Notes under the pieces: model-generated
What the model was told of the DNA's origin: nothing
Database searches by the model: none
What the model saw: only the letters and a program-made list of their open reading frames with translations
Shown: positions 35,544-45,845 of the stretch, in pieces
Layout of the letters: each line of letters opens with the position of its first letter
How positions within the stretch are numbered: the first letter of the stretch is position 1
From: an uncultured Candidatus Sumerlaeota bacterium
Lineage (GTDB): Bacteria; Sumerlaeota; Sumerlaeia; MVZB01; JAJFLK01
DNA: 64,000 bases
Direction of reading: 5' to 3'
Assembly (NCBI GenBank): GCA_964598765.1
Contig: CAZRCZ010000016.1
Span: 50,595 to 114,594, forward strand
Made by a program: the position numbers and the translations under genes

Positions 35544-37202
35544 TTAAAGCCCGCTCGCCTCAATCCAACTCCACGGAATCGCGCCGAAGCCGAGAACCCA
35601 ATCGTTGAATTTTTTCAGACTCCAACCTTCCTGTTCGATCTTCCGTCGTTTCAATCGCAACAGTTCCATTTTCCCCAGCAAATAGCTCATCGGGATCGTC
35701 GGTGAGAATGAATACCAATTCACGTCAATCCGCGCGCGCGAGGGGGTGAATCCGACTTCACGCTGGAGAAGTTCGCACGCTCCTTTGAAGCTCATCGTTC
35801 CGGCGTGGAGGCCGCAATCAATCATGATCCGACAAGCGCGCCAAAGCGCGTCGTGGAGTTGAATCAGACGCAAATAGGGATTATCCGAAACCTTCAAATC
35901 CACACACATCTGCTCGCACCAGAGCGTCCAGCCTTCGTAGTAGATTGCGTGGTGGGTCAGCTTGCGGACCAAACTCGGATGGCGGTGTTGCATGACGAAT
36001 TGAAGATGATGGCCGGGATAAGCCTCGTGCGCGGCGGTCAGTTCCAAGCCGAAATGTTGCTCGATCTCCAATCGCTTTTCCCGCTCCGTTTCTTTTCGCA
36101 GACTGAGATCGTTGACCCAAAAGACGCCGGTTTGGTCCTTGGAGAGCGCACCGGGACTGTGATAAGCCGCCGTCGGAATTTGGTGGGCGAGGAAATCGGG
36201 AACCGGCTTGACGAGCAGGCGATCCCCTTCGGGGAACGTCATCGCGCCGGCCTCCTGAAACCGCGCTTTCATCGTCGCCATTTGTATTTGATAGGCGTCA
36301 AGCAAATCCTTGCCGTCGAAGCGCCATTGATGCGCGGCCTCCTCCAAAATCTCGTGGGGCCTTTTTCGCGAATGAAATCGCCGCGCTTCGATTTGAAGCT
36401 CGCGTTTAAGTTTGTCGGCCAATCCATGAGCCGAGGAGACTGCTTCGCGCGCCGTCCAGTTCAACCCCAGCCGGTGACGGATCAACGCCTCGAATCGCTC
36501 GCGCCCGATGGAATATCCGGTCGGCGATCCCGGCTTGATCCGCAGGACTCTTTGAGCATAGTTCTGAACCGCTTGCTCGGCGGCGATTACCCAACGCTCG
36601 AACGTTGCGCGGTTCTGTCCCGTGGCCTTGGCGAGCGGTTCCGGCAATGAACGCAACAGCGAGCACACGCCCGGCGCGGATTGTTGCGCGAGATGCGTCC
36701 AAAGCGGAACGGGATCGCGAAGACATTCCACGGCTTCATCCAAATGGCGGGGCACGGCGCGAATGCGGGAGATGATCGCCGGAGCGACGGGTTTCAAATT
36801 ATCCGCGTGGCGCACGACCAACGAATGAATCGCCTCGGCGGCGCGGTCGAGATGGGACAACGGATTCGTCCGCCATGTTTTCAGATCGTCCAGTTCCATG
36901 AGTTCGGTGAGAAGGTGCGAGCGGAGCGTCAGGCGGTCGAGCCATGCGTTCCCCTCGAAGTCGTGTATCGGCATTTCCAGAAGGGAATCTAGCGTCCTTC
37001 GCGTGAGTTTGGCTTGCGCTTCAAAGATTTTCGGCGTGGCGCGCCCCAACTCGGAATCGAATCGCGCCAATCCCGCGCCGCTTCCGGAGACCGGAAATCG
37101 CTCGAATGATTCCGCGTAATAATCCTTGGCCACCGTTTCAAACGCGCGGACAGTTGGATTGTTTTGACGATTGGGTCGGGACATACTTAAACACCCTTGC
37201 AT
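35544..37202 (-). CDS. DUF885-family protein (putative zinc metallopeptidase-like)
   Basis: HEAYPGHHLQ motif and ~550-aa length typical of DUF885. Alternative start at MSRPNRQ. Confidence 0.7.
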   Translation of the reverse strand: MQGCLSMSRPNRQNNPTVRAFETVAKDYYAESFERFPVSGSGAGLARFDSELGRATPKIFEAQAKLTRRTLDSLLEMPIHDFEGNAWLDRLTLRSHLLTELMELDDLKTWRTNPLSHLDRAAEAIHSLVVRHADNLKPVAPAIISRIRAVPRHLDEAVECLRDPVPLWTHLAQQSAPGVCSLLRSLPEPLAKATGQNRATFERWVIAAEQAVQNYAQRVLRIKPGSPTGYSIGRERFEALIRHRLGLNWTAREAVSSAHGLADKLKRELQIEARRFHSRKRPHEILEEAAHQWRFDGKDLLDAYQIQMATMKARFQEAGAMTFPEGDRLLVKPVPDFLAHQIPTAAYHSPGALSKDQTGVFWVNDLSLRKETEREKRLEIEQHFGLELTAAHEAYPGHHLQFVMQHRHPSLVRKLTHHAIYYEGWTLWCEQMCVDLKVSDNPYLRLIQLHDALWRACRIMIDCGLHAGTMSFKGACELLQREVGFTPSRARIDVNWYSFSPTIPMSYLLGKMELLRLKRRKIEQEGWSLKKFNDWVLGFGAIPWSWIEASGL

Positions 37203-37249
37203 TGAATTTGGCTTGACGAAAGACCGTTCATCCCGTTGGATTCGGCGGT

Positions 37250-39040
37250 ATGGCGGACGAACGGCGAAAAAAATTCCTCCGGCTTAATCTCGCCCTCATC
37301 GCGGCGTTGATCCTCGGCCTCTTTGCCGACCGACAAATCCGCCCCAAATCGGGCTGGACCGCCCATTATTTCAACGCCGACGGATCAGGCAACGAAAATC
37401 CGATCTTCGTCCGCTACGAAGTCCCGCCGACCGATTGCAAATTCGCCGATTTGCGCAAGAGTCTCCCTCCGAAATTCAAAGTCCGATACCTCGGCAAAGT
37501 TCGTATTCTCTATTCGGGAACTTATTTTTTCGACGTTGCCGCGGCGGAGGAATCGCGTCTTTGGATTGACGAAAAACCGATTGCCGGACGGGGAGCCGAG
37601 AAGGATTTTCCGATGGTCGGCGCCACCGAACTCGCGCCCGGACTCCACGACGTCAAACTGGAATACACGCACGATTCGCTCACGACCGCCCCGTTGCAAC
37701 TGGGCTTGATGTGGTCCAAAGAAATCGACGTTGAGCGTCCCTTCCCGGCCAGCGCCGCGTATCCTCCCGACACGAGGCAATGGCGATTCACGCTCTCCGC
37801 CGCGTTGCGGTTTTTGTTGGTCGTGGATGGCATCGCTTTGCTCTTGGGGTTTGCCGTGATGATGATGACTCCGCGTTCGGCGCGGCGATTTTATTTTGGC
37901 GTCGCCACCGCTTTTTTGAGCGTCTGCGCGATTGTGGCTCTCGCGGAAATCGGTTTGCGCCTCGCCGGAATCGGTCCGAGGGAATACGTGCCGGGCAACA
38001 TCTGGCTGAAATACGATCTGAAAACTCCCGGCTCCGTCACGCAATACATGGGCTATCTTCCCTACAACGTGAAGGATTTTGAGGTTCCGGTCCGGATCAA
38101 TTCCAAAGGTTGGCGCGACGCCGAATACGACGAGAAAAAACCGGACGGCGTTTATCGGATTCTCGTCATCGGCGATTCCTACGTCGAGGGGAAGGAAGTC
38201 GCGCTGGAAAAAACCTTCCATAAACTTCTGGAAAAGAAACTCAACGCGACCCTCGGCGGACCGAATCGCCGATTCGAGGTCATGGCGCTGAGCAGGGGCG
38301 GAATCGGGACGGGGATCGAACTCAATTATCTCCGCGACCCCGGACTGAAATACTCCCCCGACATGGTGGTTCTTTCGGTTTTTCCGGGCAATGACGTTCG
38401 CGAAAATTCGCCGCCGCTGAACGACCGGTATTGGGCGTGGTTCAACGGCGTTTATCGCGCGCACGTCGTCACGGCGCGTATTCATTTCTTGGATGTTTTT
38501 CTACGCTTCAAGTGGTCCTACCTAAACCATTTTCTCGCCGACCGTCTTTGCGATTATTACGTTGGGCATCTCTATCTTTTTCACAGGGGATTGAAAAAGG
38601 AGGAGATGATTTCCAACGACGCGGAGGTTTATCGCCGGGGTCCGTATTCCGAGCTTTGGAACAACGCTTGGGACTACACGAAGAATTTTCTGCGGGAGTT
38701 CAAGGGCGAAACCGACGCGCGTCATATTCCGCTCAAGGTCATGCTCTCCCATTCGGCGCAAGTCTCCGGTCTGAACAGCGAGGATTTGATTCGCGGCGGA
38801 AAATCAAAATACGATCTTCAAAAACCCTTCGAGATTCTTTCCGATTTTCTTGACGGAGAAAAAATCGAATATCTCAACCTCGAACCGATTCTGACGCGGT
38901 ATGAGTCTCAAACCAGAAAACCTTATTATTGGCGCCACGACGCCCACTGGAACGAAACCGGCCACGCGGTCGTCGCCGACGCGCTGTATGATTTTCTTTT
39001 CCCCCAACTGAAATCGGAAAATCTCCCCCATGAGAAATAA
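37250..39040 (+). CDS. PA14 domain plus membrane-anchored SGNH/GDSL hydrolase
   Basis: N-terminal PA14-like beta-barrel (GWTAHYFN...YSGTYFFDVAAAEESRLWIDEKPI). TM segments around residues 195-240. GDSL block YRILVIGDSYVEG and C-terminal DAHWNETGH. Confidence 0.75.
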   Translation: MADERRKKFLRLNLALIAALILGLFADRQIRPKSGWTAHYFNADGSGNENPIFVRYEVPPTDCKFADLRKSLPPKFKVRYLGKVRILYSGTYFFDVAAAEESRLWIDEKPIAGRGAEKDFPMVGATELAPGLHDVKLEYTHDSLTTAPLQLGLMWSKEIDVERPFPASAAYPPDTRQWRFTLSAALRFLLVVDGIALLLGFAVMMMTPRSARRFYFGVATAFLSVCAIVALAEIGLRLAGIGPREYVPGNIWLKYDLKTPGSVTQYMGYLPYNVKDFEVPVRINSKGWRDAEYDEKKPDGVYRILVIGDSYVEGKEVALEKTFHKLLEKKLNATLGGPNRRFEVMALSRGGIGTGIELNYLRDPGLKYSPDMVVLSVFPGNDVRENSPPLNDRYWAWFNGVYRAHVVTARIHFLDVFLRFKWSYLNHFLADRLCDYYVGHLYLFHRGLKKEEMISNDAEVYRRGPYSELWNNAWDYTKNFLREFKGETDARHIPLKVMLSHSAQVSGLNSEDLIRGGKSKYDLQKPFEILSDFLDGEKIEYLNLEPILTRYESQTRKPYYWRHDAHWNETGHAVVADALYDFLFPQLKSENLPHEK

Positions 39041-40367
39041 AGCGAACTTAGGGCTAGCATGGTTATGGTCCCTATTTAATTTCTTTATAATCAATACGAG
39101 GCTTCCTGCCCTCGAACCGAACCAAGTTCTCCTTGTCTATAACCACTTCGACGCCGATTCCAAGGCGATCCGCGATCATTACCTTCAATCGCGCCCGGGC
39201 GTCGCGGAGTTCGATCTGGCCGAGCGCGAACTGGTCGGACGTCACACCGTTCCCTACGATTTTTACCGTCAATTCATCCGATTTCCCCTGCGCCGGTTAC
39301 TCGCCGCCAATCCGGGCATGGCGGAGCGGATTATCTGCATCGTCCTGACCAAGGGCATCCCGCACCGGATCGAGGACATGAATCATCCGCTCATTGGCGA
39401 CGACGCGGGGGGAATGCGCGCCGAGTGGATCGACCGCGGCGACTTCACCGCCGCGTCGGTGGACTCCGAGATGACGCTTCTTTGGCAAGATTTGGAGCGG
39501 AACGAATCCGGCGGCGCGTTTGACAGCAAAGCCGACGGTTTCATCGTCAATCCCTACTACGGCAAAACGGAACCGATCGCGCAATTTGACCGCCACTTCA
39601 TCACGCAACCGAAACAATTCGGCGACATCGTCAAGGTCGGCTCCGATTCCGAGACCGCGCAGGGAGGATGGGAGGCGGTTTCGGCGAAGCTTCCCTCGGC
39701 GAGGTTGACGCCGGGGGACATTTATCTTGTCGCACGCCTGGACGGCAAAACGGCGCAGGACGTCATCGCCGCGATTGACCGCGCGCATGAAATCACGGCG
39801 GACCCGCAAACCGCGCGGATCGTTCTGGACGCGAACGCGCAAGGCGATTTGGATAAAGGGGATTACGAGCGGACGGCCGATTTGCTCAACGCCGCCGGAT
39901 GGAAGGCGATTTATGATCGAAGCCCCAAATTTCTGACCGGCGACAAGGTGGGCGGTCCGGTTCTCGCTTATGCCAGTTATGGCCTCAACGACCGCGACCC
40001 GAACATGCCTTCGTCGGGAGCGTATATTTCGACGTTTCGATTTCTTCCGGGGGCGATTTTCAACACGTTGGAAAGTTTCAGCGGTCGGGATTTCGGCGGC
40101 GCGGGGGACCGCGCGGGACACGAGCAAACCCAACTTGCCGAATTCATCCATGCTGGAGGGACGCTCGGCGTCGGCAATGTTTGGGAGCCGTTTTCGTTCA
40201 CCGCCGCGAACAATGAACTTTTGTTGGGGGGATTTCTTCTGCGTGGAATGAGTTTCGTCGAAGCCGCTTACGCTTCGCTTCCGGTTCTTAGTTGGCAACA
40301 GATCGTCGTCGGCGATCCGCTGGCGCGGTTGATTCGTGTTCCTCCGCATCCATCCGCGTCCAAATAA
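39030..40367 (+). CDS. exported hypothetical protein
   Basis: N-terminal hydrophobic signal-like segment. 445 aa. No motif recognised. Confidence 0.55.
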   Translation: MRNKANLGLAWLWSLFNFFIINTRLPALEPNQVLLVYNHFDADSKAIRDHYLQSRPGVAEFDLAERELVGRHTVPYDFYRQFIRFPLRRLLAANPGMAERIICIVLTKGIPHRIEDMNHPLIGDDAGGMRAEWIDRGDFTAASVDSEMTLLWQDLERNESGGAFDSKADGFIVNPYYGKTEPIAQFDRHFITQPKQFGDIVKVGSDSETAQGGWEAVSAKLPSARLTPGDIYLVARLDGKTAQDVIAAIDRAHEITADPQTARIVLDANAQGDLDKGDYERTADLLNAAGWKAIYDRSPKFLTGDKVGGPVLAYASYGLNDRDPNMPSSGAYISTFRFLPGAIFNTLESFSGRDFGGAGDRAGHEQTQLAEFIHAGGTLGVGNVWEPFSFTAANNELLLGGFLLRGMSFVEAAYASLPVLSWQQIVVGDPLARLIRVPPHPSASK

Positions 40368-40385
40368 GTCTCACTCAATGTCCCC

Positions 40386-41117
40386 CTACAGCCCGAAATG
40401 CTCCATCAAGTAGGGAGGCGTGCCGTCCAATCCCCTTCCGCTGTCATAGATGTTGCCCTTGGAGAGCATCCCGTTGGTTGGGTCATAGACGACGTAAACC
40501 GTTCCCAAATAATCGAGGGCATTGCCGTAAGGTCGCGGCCAACCGTATAAGTTTCCCGAAACGGGACCCATGTAGCCGTCCGGCCCGACGCTGACCACGA
40601 GATAGCCGATCTCGCCGGGGATGACGCGGCGCGGATCGTTGATCGTGTAACGGCTGTTAACGAGCCACGAAGCCTGTGTCGGGTCCCAATAATCTATGAC
40701 GTCGTTGGGAGGCGGGATGGTCGTTTCAAAGACGTCCACGGGCAAGGAGGTGATATAGGCAATCGGCGTCGTCAGGACCGACATTTGCTCGAGCCGATTC
40801 CCGACTTCAGGAACCGAGGGCTTCATGCTGGCCTGAATGATGTTGTGGCGGATCGGGGGCGCGTTGTTGTCCACGGTGTAGGCTTCAATGGCGGTGACCA
40901 GCGCGCGCATGTCGTTTTTAACTCGACTGACGCGGGCGCGGGTTTGCGCCTCGAGAAAATTCGGCACCGCAATCGCCGCCAAAATGGCGATGATCGCCAC
41001 GACGATCAGCAATTCAATCAGCGTAAACGCTCGCGGGAAGGGGGAGGGAAGGGGTGTTTCCGGCTTCAAAGGGGACAAACTCCAAGCCGCGCCAACCGGC
41101 GGAAATTTGGGGCGCAA
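40386..41117 (-). CDS. prepilin-type N-terminal cleavage/methylation domain protein (type IV pilin/pseudopilin-like, DUF1559-like)
   Basis: RAFTLIELLIVVAIIAILAAIAVPNF is a canonical class III signal and N-methylation site. The true start may be internal. Confidence 0.65.
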   Translation of the reverse strand: MRPKFPPVGAAWSLSPLKPETPLPSPFPRAFTLIELLIVVAIIAILAAIAVPNFLEAQTRARVSRVKNDMRALVTAIEAYTVDNNAPPIRHNIIQASMKPSVPEVGNRLEQMSVLTTPIAYITSLPVDVFETTIPPPNDVIDYWDPTQASWLVNSRYTINDPRRVIPGEIGYLVVSVGPDGYMGPVSGNLYGWPRPYGNALDYLGTVYVVYDPTNGMLSKGNIYDSGRGLDGTPPYLMEHFGL

Positions 41118-41232
41118 ATGAAGTTTATATCCCCGGTCCCAATGGTGTCAACTTATCGGACCGATCCACGTTGGTGGCGGACTTGCTTCCCGCTCATTTC
41201 AAGCGCATACTGAGCGGAAAACGGAAACCACT

Positions 41233-42207
41233 TTGGATCCTGCCGACACCCAATCCTCTTCCGTCGCGGACTCCGATCCGGCGCCGGAGCAAGAGCGTCC
41301 GAAGGGATCATCACCCTCCTGTGGGCTTTTCCGCGCCGGCATGGGATCCCGCGCGTTGGCGGCGATCAACCGATTTCCCATCGGCATTCGGGAAGTGCGA
41401 ATCGGCGAGGATCGGCTTTATCCCTTCACATTGGACCGGTATCTGACCGCCTTGACGTGGAAATTCGGTCTGTTGGGAAGGACGGTCCGCAAATTCATCG
41501 CAAACGAAGTGAAACCGGGCATGGTCGCGGTGGACGTGGGAGCCAACATTGGATTTCAGACCATCGGTTTGGCGCGCCTAGTCGGACCCAAGGGGAAAGT
41601 CCATGCCATCGAGCCGGAACCGCGCAATTTTCAGGCCTTGGCCCGAACTGTGGACTGCTCGAAGTTTGCCAACGTACATCTCCATTCAGTCGCCGCTTGG
41701 GAAAGCGAAGGAGTAATATCCCTGCATCTTTCCGGCTTTCATGGGGGGGATCATCGAACAAGCCGTCGTTTTGCGCCCGACAAAATCACCCCGTTGTTCG
41801 ATGGTCTTCCCCGAACCTACAAAATGGTGGGTTGGCTCTTCTTTCCTCCGGACGAGCGTCGAGATTCCATCAAAGTCGCGGCCCGGAGCTTGGATGCGCT
41901 TTTGGCGGACGAGCCGCGGATTGATTTTGTCAAGATGGACGTGCAGGGAGCGGAGATTTCGGTTCTTCTTGGCGCGCGCGAGATGCTTCGGCGCAATCCG
42001 CAAATCCGAATATTATGCGAGTTTGTTCCCGAATTCATTCGCCGCGCCGGTGGCGATCCGCGTCAACTGTTCGATTGCATTGCGGAAACCGGGCTGTCCA
42101 TCCATTGGCTTAATTCCCGGGGAAAACTGATCCCAATCGAACCTGAACCGGCGTTGGCTCTCGCCGAGCGCGCCGGCTCAATCAATCTTTATCTGCGCGG
42201 ATTGTGA
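41233..42207 (+). CDS. FkbM-family methyltransferase
   Basis: AVDVGANIGFQT (SAM-binding GxGxG) and IDFVKMDVQGAE blocks are characteristic of FkbM. The start is probably internal (MGSRALAAIN). Confidence 0.7.
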   Translation: MDPADTQSSSVADSDPAPEQERPKGSSPSCGLFRAGMGSRALAAINRFPIGIREVRIGEDRLYPFTLDRYLTALTWKFGLLGRTVRKFIANEVKPGMVAVDVGANIGFQTIGLARLVGPKGKVHAIEPEPRNFQALARTVDCSKFANVHLHSVAAWESEGVISLHLSGFHGGDHRTSRRFAPDKITPLFDGLPRTYKMVGWLFFPPDERRDSIKVAARSLDALLADEPRIDFVKMDVQGAEISVLLGAREMLRRNPQIRILCEFVPEFIRRAGGDPRQLFDCIAETGLSIHWLNSRGKLIPIEPEPALALAERAGSINLYLRGL

Positions 42208-42234
42208 TTGGATTGTCGGATTGGCTCCGGCCAA

Positions 42235-42756
42235 TCACTCCGGCGCGTTGGCCAGAAGCGCGAATTGTCCCCGATGGTGGCTGTCATGGATGATGTTCAG
42301 CGTCACGCAATCCTGAACGGTGGAGACCAACTGCTTGAGCGGCTCGGGCAATTTTCCCAGTGGAGGACCGAGGAGTTGCTCGTCGCTGAGCTTGGCGACG
42401 CTTTGGGCCAGACCCGCCATCACTTTGGAATAGGCTTGAACCACTTCGTCCCACGCGGGATAATCGGCGGCATTGGTCGTGATTTTGTCCCCCCCGAAAA
42501 AGTCCGGGCTGAATTTCTTGCGCCACGGTTCCTTGACCGCGCCGGTCGGCGCGCCCATGCCGATCGAATTCCCGATGAACTCGGCGGTGTTCGCCATGTG
42601 GCCGATGAGCCAGAGTGGCGTGGCCTTGTTGACGGCAACCTGATGAAATCGTCTTTTTTCGGCACAACTTTTGACGCACTTCTCCGTCTGCGCTTGGCAG
42701 GCTGAAAGCAGGCGCGACAACGTCGCGGCGGCGGTGATGGACTTATTATCCGACAT
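42235..42756 (-). CDS. DinB/YfiT-like (DinB_2) family protein
   Basis: Histidine triad-like signature (LIGHMANTAEF ... IIHDSHHRGQ) of the DinB_2 four-helix-bundle family. Confidence 0.65.
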   Translation of the reverse strand: MSDNKSITAAATLSRLLSACQAQTEKCVKSCAEKRRFHQVAVNKATPLWLIGHMANTAEFIGNSIGMGAPTGAVKEPWRKKFSPDFFGGDKITTNAADYPAWDEVVQAYSKVMAGLAQSVAKLSDEQLLGPPLGKLPEPLKQLVSTVQDCVTLNIIHDSHHRGQFALLANAPE

Positions 42757-42980
42757 GGGTTGATCCTTTCATCTTCTGAATTTCGGGATCAACTTTAGAA
42801 ATGTTTGGGATGAAACTCCATCTTAATTTGTACCGCCAAGACGCCAATCTGCGTCATCCGCGAAATCCGAGGATATATTTTCTTCTTGGCGTCCTGGGCA
42901 GTTCGACCGGATTTTCTTGAAGGCGCGCAAACCATTCTTCTACAGTGGATTCGAAACTTGTTTCTTAAAAGGCCGGAATC

Positions 42981-45572
42981 TTGGGTTTCCTTTCAATTCA
43001 TCGCTCGCGAGGGAGTGATTCGGGAATGAGGCGCGTTGCTTTTTTCGCCGGTCTGATCATTTGCTGGGCAACCGCGACCGTCGGTTGGAGCAAGGTGGAA
43101 ATCGCCGGATTCAATTTGGGATTTGGAGCAACGTATGCCTCCGGGACTTGGACTCCCCTGCGGATCGTGCTGACAAATCTTCCCGACACGCAACATGGCG
43201 GCGAGAAGCCCCGCGATTTCAAAGGGGAAGTCCACGCCATCGTCACCGACAACAACGCCCAAGCGGTCCGCTATGCTCAGGCGGTCGAGCTTCCGTTTCA
43301 ATCAAGCAAGCAGATCGAGTTTTCGGTTCAACTGGCCGACAATCCCGCGCCGCTGATCGTGGAAATGAACGATGAGAAGGGGCGACTGTTGGCCCGGACG
43401 GAAATTCCGCTGGGGGCGCGTCAAGGCCAGAATCTGCGCAACAAGCTATTCGTCCCGCCGACGGTTCTCTTGGAAAAAGACCCGAACCAAAACGTGAATT
43501 TTCCTTGCTGGGTTTCCCATTCGGCCAACATTCAAAGGATCGGTTTGGAGGAATTGCCCTCGGACGTGAAAAGCTATTCGACCGTGCGGGTCGTCGTTGC
43601 GCGGGATCGGATTCACAACAAATTGAGCGAGCCGCAACTGAAGGCGTTGGAGGAGTGGATTGCGTCGGGAGGCCAATTAGTCGTCATACTCCCGCGCAAT
43701 TTGGAGGGGATCAAGCTCGATCCATGGTTGAAACCGCGATTGCCGGGGATTCCAGCAACGACGCGCGAAGCGCGGCTGGAGGAAATTTATCCGGGATCGG
43801 GAAACGACAAAACACTCATCGCGCAGTGGGAAAAGATTGATCCGTCGGCCCGCACGTTCTGGAATTCGTCGGTTGGTCCGATCGCGCTGGCGCGACCGCT
43901 GGGTCAAGGGCAAATCATCGCGCTGGGGGTGGACCCGGCGGCGCTCGGCGGCAACTCGATGGGAACCCCGGTCGGAATTCAAATGCAACGGGTTCTCGAA
44001 TCCTGCCTCTTGGCTCCCGCGCCGGAGGATTTGCGCGCGCGGCATTATTGGTCCACGTCGGAGATCAATCCGCCGTTTGAAGTCCCGATGCTTCCCCGGC
44101 TCTGGATGGTGACCGGATTGATCGCGCTTTTTGTGATCGTCGTCGGTCCGGTCAATTTTTACATCCTGCGACGCAAACGGCGATTGGAATTGGCGTGGGC
44201 GACGATCCCCGGATTGTCCGTTTTCTTTTTCGTCGCGATTTACGTCTATGGAATCCTCTCCAAGGGAAGCGATCATCTTTACGCGTCGGCGGAAATCCTT
44301 CAATTGCGATCCGCCGATTCCAAGGGATTGTTGCTGTGGACGGCGAGCCAGTTTTCTCCGGCGGGGAGAAATTACCGATTCTCGGCTCCCAACGGAGGAA
44401 CCGTCCTGCCGCTCTTGCATTACTACGATCCGCCCGATCCGGGGAAATTCCAGTTTTTGAAAAACATCGGCATGATCGGACCGAACGTCGCCGCCGAAAC
44501 GTCAAGCGCGGCGCGAGCCTACGCTCGAAAAGACGGCGGCTACGATCTGATCAACCGAGTCGAGCAATGGACGACGGCCTTTTATCAGGGGGAGCGACCG
44601 GTGGAAATCAACGGAAGCGTGATCGGTCGGGTCACGATACTGGCGGGCGACGGTTCATCGGTCCGTCTTCATGCTGAAAACAAGACCGAGGCCGACTTGT
44701 CCGACGCGACGCTTTACGTGGGACAAGAAAAATTCAGACTGGGGGACATTCAATCGGGTGCGAGCGTGGATCGGACCTTCAACGGGTCATCAGGCGTGAA
44801 AAGCAACGTCCCCGCCGATCCGCCGAAACAGCCGCTCGAACTGGACAAATATCAAGTGGACGCCTCGGATAAAATTCGTGACGGAGCTTACTCGACCTAT
44901 CCGATCCTGCCGCTTCAAAATCCCCAGCGGCGATGCAGGATCATGGCGCGGCAATCGAAATGGACGAGCGAGGTCAAAATCGAGCCGGAGCCGAATTTCA
45001 AAAAAGTTTGTTCGTTGGTGGAAATCGAATTACCGGTGGAAATCGAGGGACAAGTTACTTTTTCCTCCGATAAGACATTGAGAAGGGAGGTTTACGACTT
45101 TGATTCCAACGGCACGACCTTTTACGAGCGCGCGGATCAGTTCTGCGCGCTCAGCGATTCATGGATCGAAGTGCTTTTCGCTCCTCCACCGCTGGTCTCC
45201 TCGGCCCGATTCACCGACGGGGAGATTCACGGAAATTTCGTCGGCTACAATTATGATTTGACCGCGCGGGCATTCAATTACGAGACCGGCGCGTGGGACG
45301 CGGCCTCGGAGCAGACCGGCGCCGACAGCGGCATGAGCGCCAAATTGAAATCCATTCGGGTGAAGCCGGAGTGGGTCAATCCTTCGGGGCGTCAAGTCCG
45401 CCTGCGCTTGGAAGCGCGCGATCCGCAAGGGGAGAAACAAACGACGATGGGGAGTTTCCGCAGTCTCAAAGGGGCAAGGGTGGCGATCGGCTCCTTGGAA
45501 GCGAGCTTGAGTTTCGTCGGTTCTCCGGCGCAGAATGAGGCGGCGTTGGAAGGCAATTCAAAAGGCAACTGA
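42981..45572 (+). CDS. large exported/membrane hypothetical protein
   Basis: 863 aa with a signal-like N-terminus and two central TM helices (LWMVTGLIALFVIVVGPVNFYIL; IPGLSVFFFVAIYVYGIL). Located upstream of an ABC-2 transporter pair. Confidence 0.6.
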   Translation: MGFLSIHRSRGSDSGMRRVAFFAGLIICWATATVGWSKVEIAGFNLGFGATYASGTWTPLRIVLTNLPDTQHGGEKPRDFKGEVHAIVTDNNAQAVRYAQAVELPFQSSKQIEFSVQLADNPAPLIVEMNDEKGRLLARTEIPLGARQGQNLRNKLFVPPTVLLEKDPNQNVNFPCWVSHSANIQRIGLEELPSDVKSYSTVRVVVARDRIHNKLSEPQLKALEEWIASGGQLVVILPRNLEGIKLDPWLKPRLPGIPATTREARLEEIYPGSGNDKTLIAQWEKIDPSARTFWNSSVGPIALARPLGQGQIIALGVDPAALGGNSMGTPVGIQMQRVLESCLLAPAPEDLRARHYWSTSEINPPFEVPMLPRLWMVTGLIALFVIVVGPVNFYILRRKRRLELAWATIPGLSVFFFVAIYVYGILSKGSDHLYASAEILQLRSADSKGLLLWTASQFSPAGRNYRFSAPNGGTVLPLLHYYDPPDPGKFQFLKNIGMIGPNVAAETSSAARAYARKDGGYDLINRVEQWTTAFYQGERPVEINGSVIGRVTILAGDGSSVRLHAENKTEADLSDATLYVGQEKFRLGDIQSGASVDRTFNGSSGVKSNVPADPPKQPLELDKYQVDASDKIRDGAYSTYPILPLQNPQRRCRIMARQSKWTSEVKIEPEPNFKKVCSLVEIELPVEIEGQVTFSSDKTLRREVYDFDSNGTTFYERADQFCALSDSWIEVLFAPPPLVSSARFTDGEIHGNFVGYNYDLTARAFNYETGAWDAASEQTGADSGMSAKLKSIRVKPEWVNPSGRQVRLRLEARDPQGEKQTTMGSFRSLKGARVAIGSLEASLSFVGSPAQNEAALEGNSKGN

Positions 45573-45845
45573 GGTCGAGGAAGTTTTCGAAACCATGAAT
45601 TCATCGGAAAATTCGCCACGGGGGCACAGAGAGGTCCCCGATTCGATTTAAGTAAGAGGGAAAATTAGCGTACTGAAATCAAAAGAATCACTTTTTGAAG
45701 GTAAATTGCAGATGCTTTTATTTTTTCCAGATGCCGACCGTGCGCCGATTTCCTCTCCGAGTTTCTGTGGTAATTCTAATAAAATCTCAACTTCATCGTC
45801 TCATAAAAAGGGGAATCTCTAACCCGGCGAAGGGACAAAAGAACC

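Noticed and set aside
37385-38485. 366-aa minus-strand ORF inside the PA14-SGNH gene, and similar antisense ORFs at 39297-40349 and 30133-31299
   Set aside because: These overlap well-supported sense-strand genes and have no independent evidence.
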